A stretch of 63,133 bases of DNA, filler included, from 15 parts of 15 records of this genome joined end to end with filler, not necessarily neighbours in it, one strand, 5' to 3'. Counted from the whole stretch's first letter, positions 24,386 to 36,200 are shown. A program made the numbers and translations. The notes: a model not told the origin generated them from the letters alone.

Positions 24386-24775
24386 CTACTCGGGCAGCGG
24401 CACCGGGGTGGCACCGGGGACCGGGGTGTTGTACCAGTTAGGCACGTGGCAAACCATCCCGTTCTGCACCCCTTGCGCCGCGAAGCTCTGCTGCATGTCC
24501 AGATGCTTGACCTTGCCCTGGTCGCCGGTTATAAACACGGGCATATCCTTGAACCGCTTGGACACCTCGCCCACCAGCGTGTCCTCCGGCACGTCCTCCA
24601 TCACCTCCTCCCAGTAGTGCGTGAGCTCGCCCTCCGGCGCCGGCCGCATCGGAGTGTATTCTCTCATGTTGAGCACGCGCACCGCCCCAGGCGCCGGCGG
24701 GGCCAGCTCCGCGTACGGCGGCACAGAGTGCGCGGTGCACAACACACGGTCCCGCGGCTCGTCGTATGGGGCCAT
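24386..24775 (-). CDS. 129-aa hypothetical protein, possibly ubiquitin-like fold
   Basis: Clean ATG-to-stop ORF with GC3-rich codons; LDMQQSFAAQGVQNG resembles a Ubl C-terminal motif. Confidence 0.6.
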   Translation of the reverse strand: MAPYDEPRDRVLCTAHSVPPYAELAPPAPGAVRVLNMREYTPMRPAPEGELTHYWEEVMEDVPEDTLVGEVSKRFKDMPVFITGDQGKVKHLDMQQSFAAQGVQNGMVCHVPNWYNTPVPGATPVPLPE

Positions 24776-24819
24776 GATGAGATGAACTCTGCGATGGGTC
24801 CGTTATTTTTTTGTTTCTC

Positions 24820-25176
24820 ATGTCCTGGGCTGCCAGGGGCCTGCACTCCACTCCGGAGGAGCAGAGCCGGCCGAGCAGAGACTCGGAGTTGATGGGACCC
24901 GAGGAATCCCCTAGTCACCGGCTGTACGAGGAGCTGCCCTGGCTCAGAGGGCTGCAACTGCCGGGAGTAACCTGCCACCCAGTAACCTGCCGGTTCGACC
25001 ACCCTGAGCTCGAACAGTGGTACCTGCTCGAAGGTGGCCGGCCAGGGCGGCGGTGCGCGCTCAGTTCGGACTGGGGGCAGCATTACGCAGTCACTTTAAG
25101 CAGTACGTGTACACGTTCCAGGCTTTCGTCGTTGTGGCCTGCGGCGGTGCGGTGCTGCTCAACTTCACCATCCTGG
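24820..25176 (+). CDS. 5' end of a membrane protein (FxxxELExxY followed by a TM helix, nucleotide-cyclase/PDE-like N-terminus)
   Basis: RFDHPELEQWYL, then an intron, then hydrophobic YTFQAFVVVACGGAVLLNFTIL; truncated. Confidence 0.4.
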
Positions 25177-25412
25177 NNNNNNNNNNNNNNNNNNNNNNNN
25201 NNNNNNNNNNNNNNNNNNNNTTAATTAATTAANNNNNNNNNNNNNNNNNNNNNNNNNNNNNNNNNNNNNNNNNNNNCACGAAGCCGGCCTTGTCTAGCAG
25301 CCCCGACTTGCACGTCCAGAGCTCTAACTTGCACGGGTGCAAGCCGAAGTCGTTCGAGCCGAAGTCGGTCGAGCCGAGACGTCCCGGGATCTGTCCGTTA
25401 ACGTTGCCGGCG

Positions 25413-27139
25413 ATGCTGGCCAGCACTGGTGCGGTGGTGCAGCTGATGCTGCTGGCGAGCCCATTGGCCGTGGGCTACTCGTACTCTGGCCGGCTGCGGT
25501 ACGGTGGCTGGCAGGTGGGCCCGGTCGAGCAGCTTCGGCTGGTGCACGTGCCAAACCCGCAGCCGGACCTCACCTTCTACGGCAACGGCTCGCGCCTGGA
25601 CCCTCCGTCGGCCTGCACAATCTCCTGGGTCTGCCAGCTGGTCCCGGCCCGGCCCGTGACCTATGAGAGCCGGCCCAGCCGCCAGGGCGACAACGCCTCG
25701 GCTTACTACGCTCAAGTGCAGCTGCGGCGTGATGACAGCGCCGACTGGGGCGCCAGCCTCCCAGGGTACGCGTCGGTATACGTGGAGAGCCGCTGCGGGG
25801 TACCGCGGCTCGTGTCGAGCGTGGAGATCCTCGATTGCCTGCCCGGGCTGCGCGGTGGACGCCGTTTTCACTATCGGGCGCGCAATGCGGAAATGCGTGG
25901 ATCAAGCGCCAGCGAGTTGTCGGCTGTGAATGATTGGACTGGCGCGATCCAGGCCCGGATGCCTCCGACTACCGGCGAGGGCCCGGTGCACGTGGCAATG
26001 ATTGCGGACATGACAGACATTGACTACAACACTTCGATCCCTGGGATGGAGCGGCAGGCTCGGCAAGGCGGGATAGACGGCGTGGTGCTCTTCTAGATAC
26101 CTTATTGTTAGCCTTATTGCTTGTTTATCAGGTGCACGCCGGTGACGTTGCCTATGACGTCGACGACGACTGTGGCGACCGCGGGGACCAGTTCATGCGA
26201 AGCATAGCAGGGATCAGCTCACGCGTGCCGTATATATTCGGGCCAGGCGACCACGAAGGCGGCCGTAAAGCGCTCATAAACAGGAACTGCGGCGGTGACT
26301 ACGAGGCGATGGTGGCCCGGTTGACTGGTGCGGGGGGCGGCGGGAGCCCGGGCCAGCTAGGGCTCTCTCATGGGTCTGGATCCGGCTCGCTGTTCTACTT
26401 TTCATTTCAGATCGGGCTGATCCACTTTGCAGTGGTGAATGCGAATGCCTGGGTGTATGCTTGTCAGCACTGGATGCTCCGGGCGATGTACAGCTGGCTA
26501 GAGAGCGATCTCCGGTCGGTGGACCGCCGCAGGACCCCGTGGGTAGTGCTGGTGTCCCACAGGCAAGCCTACTGCGTCAAGAGTAACGACACCGAATGCA
26601 ACCAGGAGGCCCGCAGCCTGCGGTACGGCGTGCCTGCCGAAGCGCTCGCCAGGGGGATGAACATATACGATGGGTGGGGGAATCGGGCTCTGGATGGGAA
26701 CGAGGGCAACCAGTACGGCCTTGAGGAACTGGCGCACAAGTATGGGGTCGACATACAGTTTGGAGGGCACACCCACCACTACGAGAGGAGCTGGCCCGTG
26801 TATCGGGATAGAGTCCAGCAGCGACACTACCGCAACCCAACGGCGACCGTCTACGTGCAGGCGAGCGTGCAAGGCTGCGCACTGAATGAGTCCTCGGCAG
26901 GGCGGACTCTCGGGCATCGACGGTGATCCGTTTGAGCTGCCTATGGGACACTTCCAAGCCTTCCGCGACGAATCGCTCTCTGAGAGCTGGGTGAGTGCTT
27001 CCTAGTGTAATAAGGTAGGCGCGCTCACGTGTTGTTGTAGGGCCGGCTATCTGCGATGAACGCGTCCCGGCTCACCTGGAGCCAGCTCTTTGCGGTCAAT
27101 GGGTCGGTGCTCGACACGTTCGACATTATTAAAGTCTAA
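25413..27139 (+). CDS. Purple acid phosphatase-like metallophosphoesterase, 4 exons
   Basis: Signal peptide, FN3-like N-domain, ADM, HAGDVAYD, GDHE, VSH, GHTHHYER; introns 26085-26131, about 26861-26900 and 26991-27040. Confidence 0.88.
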
Positions 27140-27256
27140 CTAAAGTCTGATTCTCGTTTTCAGCTTGTCGCTGTGACCGTCAATTTTAACGGCTGTTGGC
27201 TCCGCACCTTGACAGCCACCCGATAGCCGAGCGGGCAGAGGCCCAAATCTGCTTAC

Positions 27257-28075
27257 ATGCCCACCGTGCGCGGCCGCCGTCGCACCCGCGCAGTGCTGGT
27301 GGTGGGGCTGGCGGCGGCGGCGCTGGTGATGCTGTCACTGCTGGGGCTGGTCGGGCCGCCGCCGGGGCAGCAGCTGCTGTACGGGCTACTGGCAATCCCC
27401 CGGCCTGCCCGAGTGGCGCTGGCCGGGCTGGCAACCGGAGCCCGGGGAAGCACCGTGTACTTCAATCCGTTGGCGGGCGCCCGAGCGGCGATCACCCTGG
27501 ACGATGCGCCCTCGCGGGACCCTGCCTCGTTCAACGCGCTGCTGGAGCTCCTGAGCCGACTGGAACTCAAGGTCACGTTTGGGGTGATCGCCGCCCACGC
27601 GGACAGCCCGGCCGGAGCCGAGATGCTGGCCCAGGCTGTGGCGGAGGGCCACCAGCTGATCAACCACGCGGGGCAGGACAGCCCAAGCACCGGGATGGAG
27701 CAGGGCCAGTTCGAGCGTGCGATCACGGGCTGCCAGCGCCTGATAGACGCAGCACAGCCGGGCGGCGCGCTCTGGTTCCGGCCGGCGAGCGGGCTGATGG
27801 GCTCTACTATGCGGCGGGTGATCGACCGGTTGAGGTATCGGGCTGTGATGGGCGATTGCTACAGCGCGGATGCACAGATTGAGGATCCGCCGTTTCATGC
27901 GGGGCTGCTTTCGCGATGCGTGCAGGGCGGCTCGGTGGTGATCCTGCACTGTCCGGAGCCGGGGCATCGGAGCCAGACGCTTCGGGTTATACCGCCGCTA
28001 GTCGAGAGCCTGAGAGCGAGAGGGATCGCTCTAGTCAAACTAGACGAGCTGTTCAGGAACCACACGGCGCTATAG
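27257..28075 (+). CDS. Polysaccharide deacetylase (CE4/NodB), membrane-anchored
   Basis: AITLDDAP, KVTFGVI, GHQLINH, WFRPASG, GSVVILH, LVKLDEL; N-terminal TM helix. Confidence 0.88.
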   Translation: MPTVRGRRRTRAVLVVGLAAAALVMLSLLGLVGPPPGQQLLYGLLAIPRPARVALAGLATGARGSTVYFNPLAGARAAITLDDAPSRDPASFNALLELLSRLELKVTFGVIAAHADSPAGAEMLAQAVAEGHQLINHAGQDSPSTGMEQGQFERAITGCQRLIDAAQPGGALWFRPASGLMGSTMRRVIDRLRYRAVMGDCYSADAQIEDPPFHAGLLSRCVQGGSVVILHCPEPGHRSQTLRVIPPLVESLRARGIALVKLDELFRNHTAL

Positions 28076-28813
28076 CTAGTTTTCAGTATACTGTAAATAC
28101 ACTAGCTGCGCTCGCCGCTCCATCTGACGACCTCCCGCGTGCCCCGGGCCCACTCCTCCGCTGTCGACCCGCCGCCGCTAGTGATCCCGCCACGGTGCGG
28201 CGGCATCCCCCGAAGGACCGCCTCGCCAGCCCCCAGCCGCGCCTTATTGTAACGTGCCGCCGCCGCCAGCGCCCGCTGCCCCCGGTTGTTGAGCCCCAGG
28301 GCCGCGGCGGCTCGCACCTCTATCCTTCGGAGCTCAGCCCTCTCCACTGTCAGCCTCGCGCCGGCCTGCTCGCACCGGTGAAGCTGCGCATCCACCGGGC
28401 AGCAGCCCTCGGCCCACAGACCGACTGGCACCGCCACCGGGCAATCCGCCTCTACCTCCGCCCATGCCTGGCAGTGCCGCCGCTCGCGCGCCGCTAGCTG
28501 CCTCCGCCCCCTCCGGACCTCCCGCCCCGCCTCGGCCAGCTGGGTCNNNNNNNNNNNNNNNNNNNNNNNNNNNNNNNNNNNNNNNNNNNNTTAATTAATT
28601 AANNNNNNNNNNNNNNNNNNNNNNNNNNNNNNNNNNNNNNNNNNNNATCCCACATGCGTCCAGTCCCAACAATCGCAGGGTTTGCCCTCGGAGTTCGGAC
28701 TGACGCTGCTATGCTTTCAGTCGCATCTCGAGTAGCACTACGGCTACTCTAGATCGTTCCTTCGTCGACTCCCGCCCGGAAAAGTGATATCAAGTAACGG
28801 AAAAGTCGCTCCA

Positions 28814-29293
28814 ATGCGGTCGTGCTTGCAGCGGCTTGCCCAGCCGGCGGCGCTGGTCGGCAGGCCGAGCGCGCGGGCTGCTGCTGCCGCCGGGATACGT
28901 GGGCTGCACCAGACTGCGCCGCGGCGGCTGGCTGCTGCCCCCAAGGTGGCGCCAACGCCGCCGCCCGCTGAAGGCCGGGTGGACAGGGGGAAGAGGACTA
29001 CGTCAGGAAGCGGACGCCGATGGAGGTGCGGCGGACGGGGGTGCCGGGGCGAGGCGGGACAGATCTTTAAGTTTGGGCTGTTCGTGTCCATCCCGGTAGT
29101 GATGATGCTGCACTTCCGGCACCCGGAGAACCTCAACTATTACATCCACACGGTGCGCCCCAGACTCTGGCCTACAGCCGACGGCGCGGGCCAGTTCAAA
29201 TACGTCATGTACCCCCCGGAGGCCGACCGGTCCGAGATATCGCCCGACGAGATAATGAAGGAGGTCCAAGCCGCCCGCAAGCGCAAGTCGTGA
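28814..29293 (+). CDS. PET100: PET100-like cytochrome c oxidase assembly factor, 4 exons
   Basis: Mitochondrial-type presequence; spliced MEIFKFGLFVSIPV...FKYVMYPPE; introns 28946-28986, 29026-29062 and 29153-29194. Confidence 0.7.
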   Translation: MRSCLQRLAQPAALVGRPSARAAAAAGIRGLHQTAPRRLAAAPKVAPTPPPAEGRVDRGKRTTSGSGRRWRCGGRGCRGEAGQIFKFGLFVSIPVVMMLHFRHPENLNYYIHTVRPRLWPTADGAGQFKYVMYPPEADRSEISPDEIMKEVQAARKRKS

Positions 29294-29544
29294 CCGGCGC
29301 TGGTCGGCGCGGCAGCTACGAGTAGACGCGCTCGGGCGGTGGGCGCGTGCTCTGCCCGCGGAGTGCCAGTACGCTGTGTATATATTATTATTACAGCGTC
29401 GTGCTTATTCTATTGTCTAACTGATATGTACATGCTCCGCCGTACAGTAGCCACGGGCTTCTCAATTAATTAAGCGTGGCATAAGCTTAGTCTACATAGC
29501 ATCGCAGCTCGCCTGGTTCTAGTATGTATCATTATCACTGAGCC

Positions 29545-30243
29545 TCACAGTGTGGAGTCCGTGTACGTGACATGATGCGGCGCGTCCATTCCGCTGTGGG
29601 CCGGCGGCTCGTCTGCCTTCTGCTCTCCCATCAAGATGACTCCACCGCCTTCACTTGCCTGCAGCACAGAGCTCCATTCCTCAAAATTGAGCAGCCCGTC
29701 GCCATCTGCCCGCCACTCAGCCCCCCGTGCCCGATGGGGCGGCGCCTTTGTCGGCTTGATCGAACAGCTCCTGCAGCTCGGCGTCGTCCAGCTCCACCCC
29801 CAGCTCGCTGAGCCCCTGGCGCAGCGCCGGCTGCGTGATGTGCCCCGTGCTGTGCTTGTCGAACATCCTGAACGCCTCCAGAATCTCCTCATTCGAGTTC
29901 TCCGACTGGGACTGCTGCAGCGTCTCCACCGCCAGGATCAGCCGCTCCAGGGATATCAGATCTGCCCCCCGGCCTCAGCCCGGGGGTACATCTCCGGCGG
30001 CCTGATCCGGCGGTGCTCTCGTCCTTGCCGTACATCGAGTCCAGGGTGGCCAGGGTCTTCTCCACCTCGGCCCGGGCGGCCTGGATCCCATGGTCGGCCA
30101 GGACCTGCACCGCCGCGCTGGGCGGGATCGCCCCCCGGCCTGCCCCCCAGGGTGACCGCCGCCGGGGGGGGGGGGGCAGCGGCACCGTGCTTGTCGTGCA
30201 GCGAGAACAGGTGCTGGAGCATCTCCGCGTCCACCTCCCCCAT
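29545..30243 (-). CDS. Calmodulin-like EF-hand protein, 4 exons
   Basis: EEILEAFRMFDKHSTGHIT, ELQELFDQADKDGDGLLNFEEW (last loop restored by a GC-AG intron). Confidence 0.85.
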
Positions 30244-30341
30244 CGCCCCGCCAAAGCTGCCTTCTCGGGGTGCCGATCTGTTCTTCCGTTGCCAAGCCTT
30301 GAAGCGGCGTCCGGTGCCAGGTGGATTTGAAGGGCAGCGGG

Positions 30342-30846
30342 ATGCAGTGCCGCTACCCGGGGAGGGTGCTCAAGGCGGCGTCATGCGGCTGCGGGGCGGC
30401 GATCATAGCGGTCGGGGTGTTCCACCTGATAACGCTCTCGCTGGACGTACCGGGGGCGGTCCGGAACGCCTACTTCATCGTGTTCGGGGCGCTGCTCATC
30501 CTGGCCGAGTTCTCGCACCTGGCCAAGGTGCAGTGGATGCTCAAATACCTCTCCCTGCTCACCACCTTCACCGGTACCCGCCCGCCCGCCAGTCGCTCAG
30601 TCGGGGCCAGGCCGCGGGATCTTCTGCCTGTACATCGCCTCGATTCTGTTTGAGTTGACCCACCCGGAGAATTTGATCATCTCGATCGCGCTGGCCGCCA
30701 ACGGCGTGTTCAACGTGGCGCTGGGCTGCGTCCAGAAGGACGCGCAAGAAAACCCCTGGATGGACAGCACAAAGGCTGACCAGGTCCCGCCCATAGCCGG
30801 GTCGGCCGGGGCCGATCCTCTGATGAATGACCGGGCTTTCCCGTAA
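30342..30846 (+). CDS. COPI-associated / TVP15-like Golgi membrane protein, 2 exons
   Basis: YFIVFGALLILAEF, LSLLTTFTGRGIFCLYIA after intron 30574-30610 (37 nt). Confidence 0.8.
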
Positions 30847-31046
30847 CACGAGGCACCTCGTCGTGCTGCACAAGCGAGCGAATTGCGTTGCGGGTATCAT
30901 TCCAACTAAAAACAGACTATTCCAATTAAAAACAGATATAATTGTCAAAGATGCGCATCGTCACTGATCGCCTATTTGCGGCGGGTAATCATCTACTCAT
31001 ACCCGTATCTACTACGTACACGCATGAATGCACCCCATCAGCACCC

Positions 31047-32251
31047 TCAATCTATATCGATGCCCTCCGGCAGCGGGCCCTGCTCCGGCTTCCGTGCGAA
31101 CTCATAGTAGCTACCCGTCGGCTTGCTGGCATTGAACGGCCTGCCATAGTTCTGCATTGCCAGCTTGTCGGTCTTTTGTATCTCGCCCGGGTTGATATCG
31201 ACCGGCTGGCCTGTCTCGAGGTCTCGCACCACGTCCGGTCCGTCCGTCATCTTGGTAACTTTGTATTTAAAGTCTACTGGGCTCCAGTTCTTGAGCAGAT
31301 TGTGGCTATCGTCGACCTGCTGCAGGAATTCGTTGTGGATCCGGTTGTAATACACCCCGCACTTGTTGAAATGCTCGATCACGTCCTCGCCCAGCGTACT
31401 GTCGTCGTACGGCAACGGACTGTCTGCCAGCAGAGCCTTCTCCATATACTCGTAAGTGAAGAACCTGCCATACCCAAAATGCTTCTTCTCGACACACATC
31501 GTGTACTGGAACGGCGTGAACGGCGGCAGCATGCACTGCATGTGCAGCTGCGACTGAGACGGCGGCAGGTTGAACCCGGCAACCAGATGTGCGCCCAGCT
31601 GCTCGTCTGTCAGGTTGCCATGGAGAATCCGGCGCCGATAGTCGGCGTTGGCTAGGAACTGCTCCTGCACCACCGCCCAGGCCTGTGCCCGCATCTGCCG
31701 GATGAGCAACAGCGCCTTGGCCGGCTGGGCCAGCAAATGGCGTAAGTCTGGGATGTACCGACTGGTGGGCACCACGTTGACGTGGCAGGGGCAGAGCGCC
31801 ATGAGGTCGTCGAAGATGATCAGTTCAGGGGACTGGTACCTGAGCGAGACAGTGAGCGGGAAGTTGCCCTTCTCGATCCCGTATATGAACCCCATGAAAA
31901 CGTTCTGAGTGGCAGTCACCTCCACCTGCCGCACCGGTCGGACCTGGCTCGAGGGGGGGGGGCAACCTGGGAGATATTGGATCCGCATTGATTGCACGCG
32001 ACCATGGTGTACGCGTTGGGCTTGCCGCAGTTGTGGCACACCCGCACTCGGTTCTTAAACTGTTGGGTGTCCGCCAGCGGGTGCTCAGCCACTTTGCCCT
32101 TGAACGGCGGGGCCGGCAGCCCGGGCCGCTGGTCCACGTGTGGGAACTCGCAGACCGCCCCGGCCAGGTACTCGAGCCCCACGCCGGTCGGCCGCCCATT
32201 GGACTGGAGCTCGTCCGGCTCGTTGCCGCAGCAGCAAAGTCGCTGCCCCAT
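31047..32251 (-). CDS. Zinc-ribbon + HIT-like (DcpS/aprataxin-type) protein, 2 exons
   Basis: MGQRLCCC N-terminus, CHNC..CNQC, FDDLMALCPCHVNVVP, GFNLPPSQSQLHMQ; intron 31966-31926 (41 nt). Confidence 0.65.
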
Positions 32252-32301
32252 TTCTTCAACGGCCGCACGATTGGAGGGGTGCTCCCTCTGATCGTAAGGC
32301 G

Positions 32302-33069
32302 ATGAGTGGGGCGCTGGACGTGGTGTTTCTGGACATCGACGGGGTGCTGCTCCCGCTGGACGAGGGCTGGGGCCCGACATGCCCCGAGTGCCATAACGGC
32401 CCCGACACCTCCCCGCCCTTATGGAGCTGCGACCGGTGCGGCGAGCATCACAGAGACAACTGTTCCAACGCCGTGAGCACCATGCCCAACGGCGACCAGC
32501 TCTGCCGGTCGTGCGCCGACGCCACCCCCAACAGCAGCAGCAAGCGCCCCCGCCGCGCGATCCAGCCCCAGCCCCAGCCGGCGGCCGATCGGGAGGACAG
32601 CGCACCGGATGGCCCAAAGGGGCTGCTGTTTCCGCGGGAGACGCTCGAGGCTCTGGACTGGCTGGTGGGGCGGACGGGGGCGGAGCTGGTGCTCTCTTCC
32701 ACCTGGCGGGTGCGGCAGGAATGGACTGAGAACATTCTGGATTGCTTTGAGGAATTCGGCGGTCGGCTGGCTCGGGTGCGCAAGTTTCGGCGCACCCCGC
32801 AGGCGGACGGGGTTCGGCAGTGGGAGATCGGGGCCTGGCTGGCAGCCAACCCCGGATTGCGGGCGTGGTTGGCGGTGGATGACCTGGACTTGGTTGGTGG
32901 GCGACTGAATGTCCGGCATAGTTCTCTATTCGACGGGCGGACTGTGAGGACGGCCCCGGAGATCGGGCTCACCATGGCGGACGCGATTGCCGGGGCGGGG
33001 CTGATGGCGGCCCAGGGGTGTGTGCTCCGGCCGGTGGATGATGGTGAGAGTCTCAAGTCTGTGGGATGA
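32302..33069 (+). CDS. HAD phosphatase, 'Swiss Army Knife' RNA-repair type (HAD_SAK_2-like), with Cys-rich insert
   Basis: VVFLDIDGVL, LVLSSTWR, RQWEIGAWL, WLAVDDLDL, GLT. Confidence 0.8.
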   Translation: MSGALDVVFLDIDGVLLPLDEGWGPTCPECHNGPDTSPPLWSCDRCGEHHRDNCSNAVSTMPNGDQLCRSCADATPNSSSKRPRRAIQPQPQPAADREDSAPDGPKGLLFPRETLEALDWLVGRTGAELVLSSTWRVRQEWTENILDCFEEFGGRLARVRKFRRTPQADGVRQWEIGAWLAANPGLRAWLAVDDLDLVGGRLNVRHSSLFDGRTVRTAPEIGLTMADAIAGAGLMAAQGCVLRPVDDGESLKSVG

Positions 33070-33297
33070 GGCCAGCTCGCGTTTAATTAATAATTAATAT
33101 CAATTGCTCTAGAACGAGAATGGATTGAATCANNNNNNNNNNNNNNNNNNNNNNNNNNNNNNNNNNNNNNNNNNNNTTAATTAATTAANNNNNNNNNNNN
33201 NNNNNNNNNNNNNNNNNNNNNNNNNNNNNNNNACAGGCCACGAGAAACGAGAAATCGGGAATATTAATTCGCAAGGCTGATCTCTTCACTCGAATCT

Positions 33298-36200
33298 ATG
33301 CCGAGCAGGCGCTTCGCTGGCTCACCCGGCGCTGGCGCGCCCGAGCGGCGAGCGATTCCGCGGCCGGCGGCGGTGGGCCCGTCCGACGACCCGGCCGGCC
33401 TGGCCCGGTGGATCATGAGCAAGGCGGACCGGCACGCGCGCAACGGGCTGCTCAGCCTGAGCGAGCTCCGGACCTTCCTGCCCAATCACCCATTCACTGT
33501 GTGGCTCGGCGCCCAGCGCGGCCGAATGCTCAAGTACGATACCAACCGGGACGGCGGGATCTCCACCCGCGAGCTCGAGCGCGCCTGCGCCGACTACCTA
33601 GGGATGGCGCCCCAGGGCAAGTCGGTCCCTCAGGAGCCGCTGTCAACCATCAGCAACCGGTCCCAACCAGGCCGCAAGCGGCAGGCCGGCCCGGACAGCA
33701 CGCGGGCGATGGATATGCTCAACTTTTACCGGATTAAATCGCCCGGCCGCGCGTCACCCATCGCCACCCAGCAGGCACGCGGGCGAGCCGGCTGCCGGCG
33801 AGGTCAGGGGACAGGAGTGGCGGCGCAAGGCTCAGCAAACGCTTGCGATGAGCCGTTGGAAGGAGGACGCAGTCGAGCAGCGAGCCAAGCGCCGGCTGGC
33901 CGACCTGGCCTTCCTGTGCGACGAGCCTGAGCCGGTGTACCGCAACCGCTCACCTCGGTCGCCGCCCCCTGTGCCAATAGAACTCACCAGCACGCCGCTC
34001 AAGCCGGAGGAGCGCCCGCGGGCACGAAAGGTGCTCGGCGGCGCTGTAGCGGCGCTGATAGGGGGCAGCTTGAGCAGGAGTTGGCCTCACGGCAGGCTGA
34101 GGCCGAGGCCAAGCGGAGGGACGGGCAGCGGGTCCAGTGGGCGGTCTGGGTTTGGTTCCAGGGCATGAGCCGGGATCGGTTGGCCGGCTGGCGGGCGGCG
34201 GCCACGCAGGCCGAGATGGCCCAGCTTGAGCTGCATGATAGGCTGACGGAGGCTGAGGACGAGCAGGCCGAGTTTGAGAATGAGATGGAGATCCGACACG
34301 CGACTGAGCTCCGGCGACATCTGAGCGAGCAGCGGGAGCTGTTCCAGGCGCAACAGGCGGAGGCGGTCCAGATGGCAGTGGAGAAGCTGCAGGAGGAGCT
34401 GGCAAACCGAGCGAGCCAGGAGGAGGAGATAGGGCGTGCGACCAGTGAGCATCTGGCGACGATCCAGCGTAGCTTGGAGGCCGAGCGAACAGCTGCGCAG
34501 GTGGCGACCGAGCAGGCGCGGGCGGTCCAGGCGCGGGGGCTGGTCTGGAGCGTGGCGAGGGCCTGTGCGTCCGAGCAGCTGGGCTGTGAGCCTGTACAGC
34601 TCCGACGCCAGTTGAGGGCCTGGAGTGGATTCGCACGTGAGTGCAGCGCTGCGTTCGCCGAGGCGGTGTGCAGGGCGGCTGAGTTGGCCGACCGAGGGTG
34701 CGGCCTGGAGGAGCAGCTTGCTGTAACGGATGGCATGCTGCCTGAGGCTGCTGCTGCGGTGAGCCGAGCGCTCCATGGCAATGAGCCAGGGAGGTCATCT
34801 CTAGGGCAGATCGCTATGGCCTTGCTCAAAGCTTCCCGGGCCAGAGCCGAGCTCGAGCGGGCGGCGCTCCCGGCGGGGGAGCTTGACCAGGAGCTGGATG
34901 CGCTGAGGGAGCGGCTGGAGACCGAGCACTCAAGTGAGATCAAACGGATCCGTTCCGAGTCGGAGAGCTACCTCGACTCAATCAAAGAGCGGGCAACCGC
35001 CGAGCGGCTGGAGGCTGAGCATCAAGTGCGGCAGGAGGTGAGCGCCCGGCTGCACGAGCAGATAGCGCTGCTGACGGAGGCGAATGACGAGCTGAGCGAG
35101 CAGCTGGACGCACAGCGGAGCGAGCTGGCACAGGAGGTCTTGGCCAACTGGGTGTGTCGGGTGCGAGCCCATCAGAGCAGCGAGGGCGGGCGGCGGGCGA
35201 GCGAGCTTGAGGAGCGGTTGAGGGGGACGGAGGAGGCTCTGGCCCAGCGGTCGGCCGAGCTGGTGGCTGCGGAGGAGGCAGCGATGGCGCTTGAGCAGGA
35301 GCAGGCAGCGCAGCAGGAGCAGTACAGCGAGCATCTGAAGCAGCTGAACGAGAGCGTGCGGGCGATGGAGGAGGAGCACAAGCAGCGGCTGCGCGAGGTG
35401 AGACTGGGCCTAGTGCGGGTCTGAGCGTGTGCCAGGAGCAAGATGAGATGTGTGCTGAACTGGATCGGCTTGAGCAAGTCAATGGGCAGTTGGAAGAGAA
35501 GACTGAGACAATGGACGGCGAGATGGACACGCTGCAGCGGGCGTGCGAGGAATCTTCACAGACGCTGCTCGAGACGATGCACGAGCGTGATCAGCTCAGG
35601 CTGGAGCTCGACCGGGCCGAGAAGGCGCATGCAGCTGAGGTGGAGCACCTACGGGAGAGCGTGGACCAGACGGGCTTCACGTTGGCTACCTCGCTCAAAC
35701 AGAGGCAGGCGGATGCGCTCGAGCTGCAAGCTGAGCGGGATAGACATGAGGAGCAGGTGGCGGCGCTGGAGAGGCAGCGGCAGGAGGGGATGCGGACTGC
35801 CAGGGACAATGCTGAGACGATGGCGAGCGAGCTCGAACTGCTGAGGCGGGCGCACGCCAAAGAGGTGGAGCAGCTCCGGAGCCAGGCCCAGCAGACGCAA
35901 GGACTGATCAAGATGCAGAAGCGGTACGAGCAAGATGTGGACATTCTGGCAGGCGCGGTCGAAGCAGAGAAGCATAAACGGGAGAGCGAAGTGGCTGGCT
36001 GGTTCCAAGCGTGCGAGACCATGGAGGCCGCGGGCATGGAATCACGTGACGAGTTGATGCGCAAAAAGTTCAATTTGCTGGTGTCAAGGTCAGGCTGTTC
36101 AAGTAAGGGCTGCTGATTGTTTGGCAGGCTGTATACGCTCACCTCGTTGCTAGGCCGCCGCAGTCAGCTTCCCACAGGCTATGTACTGTGAGTGCTCTTG

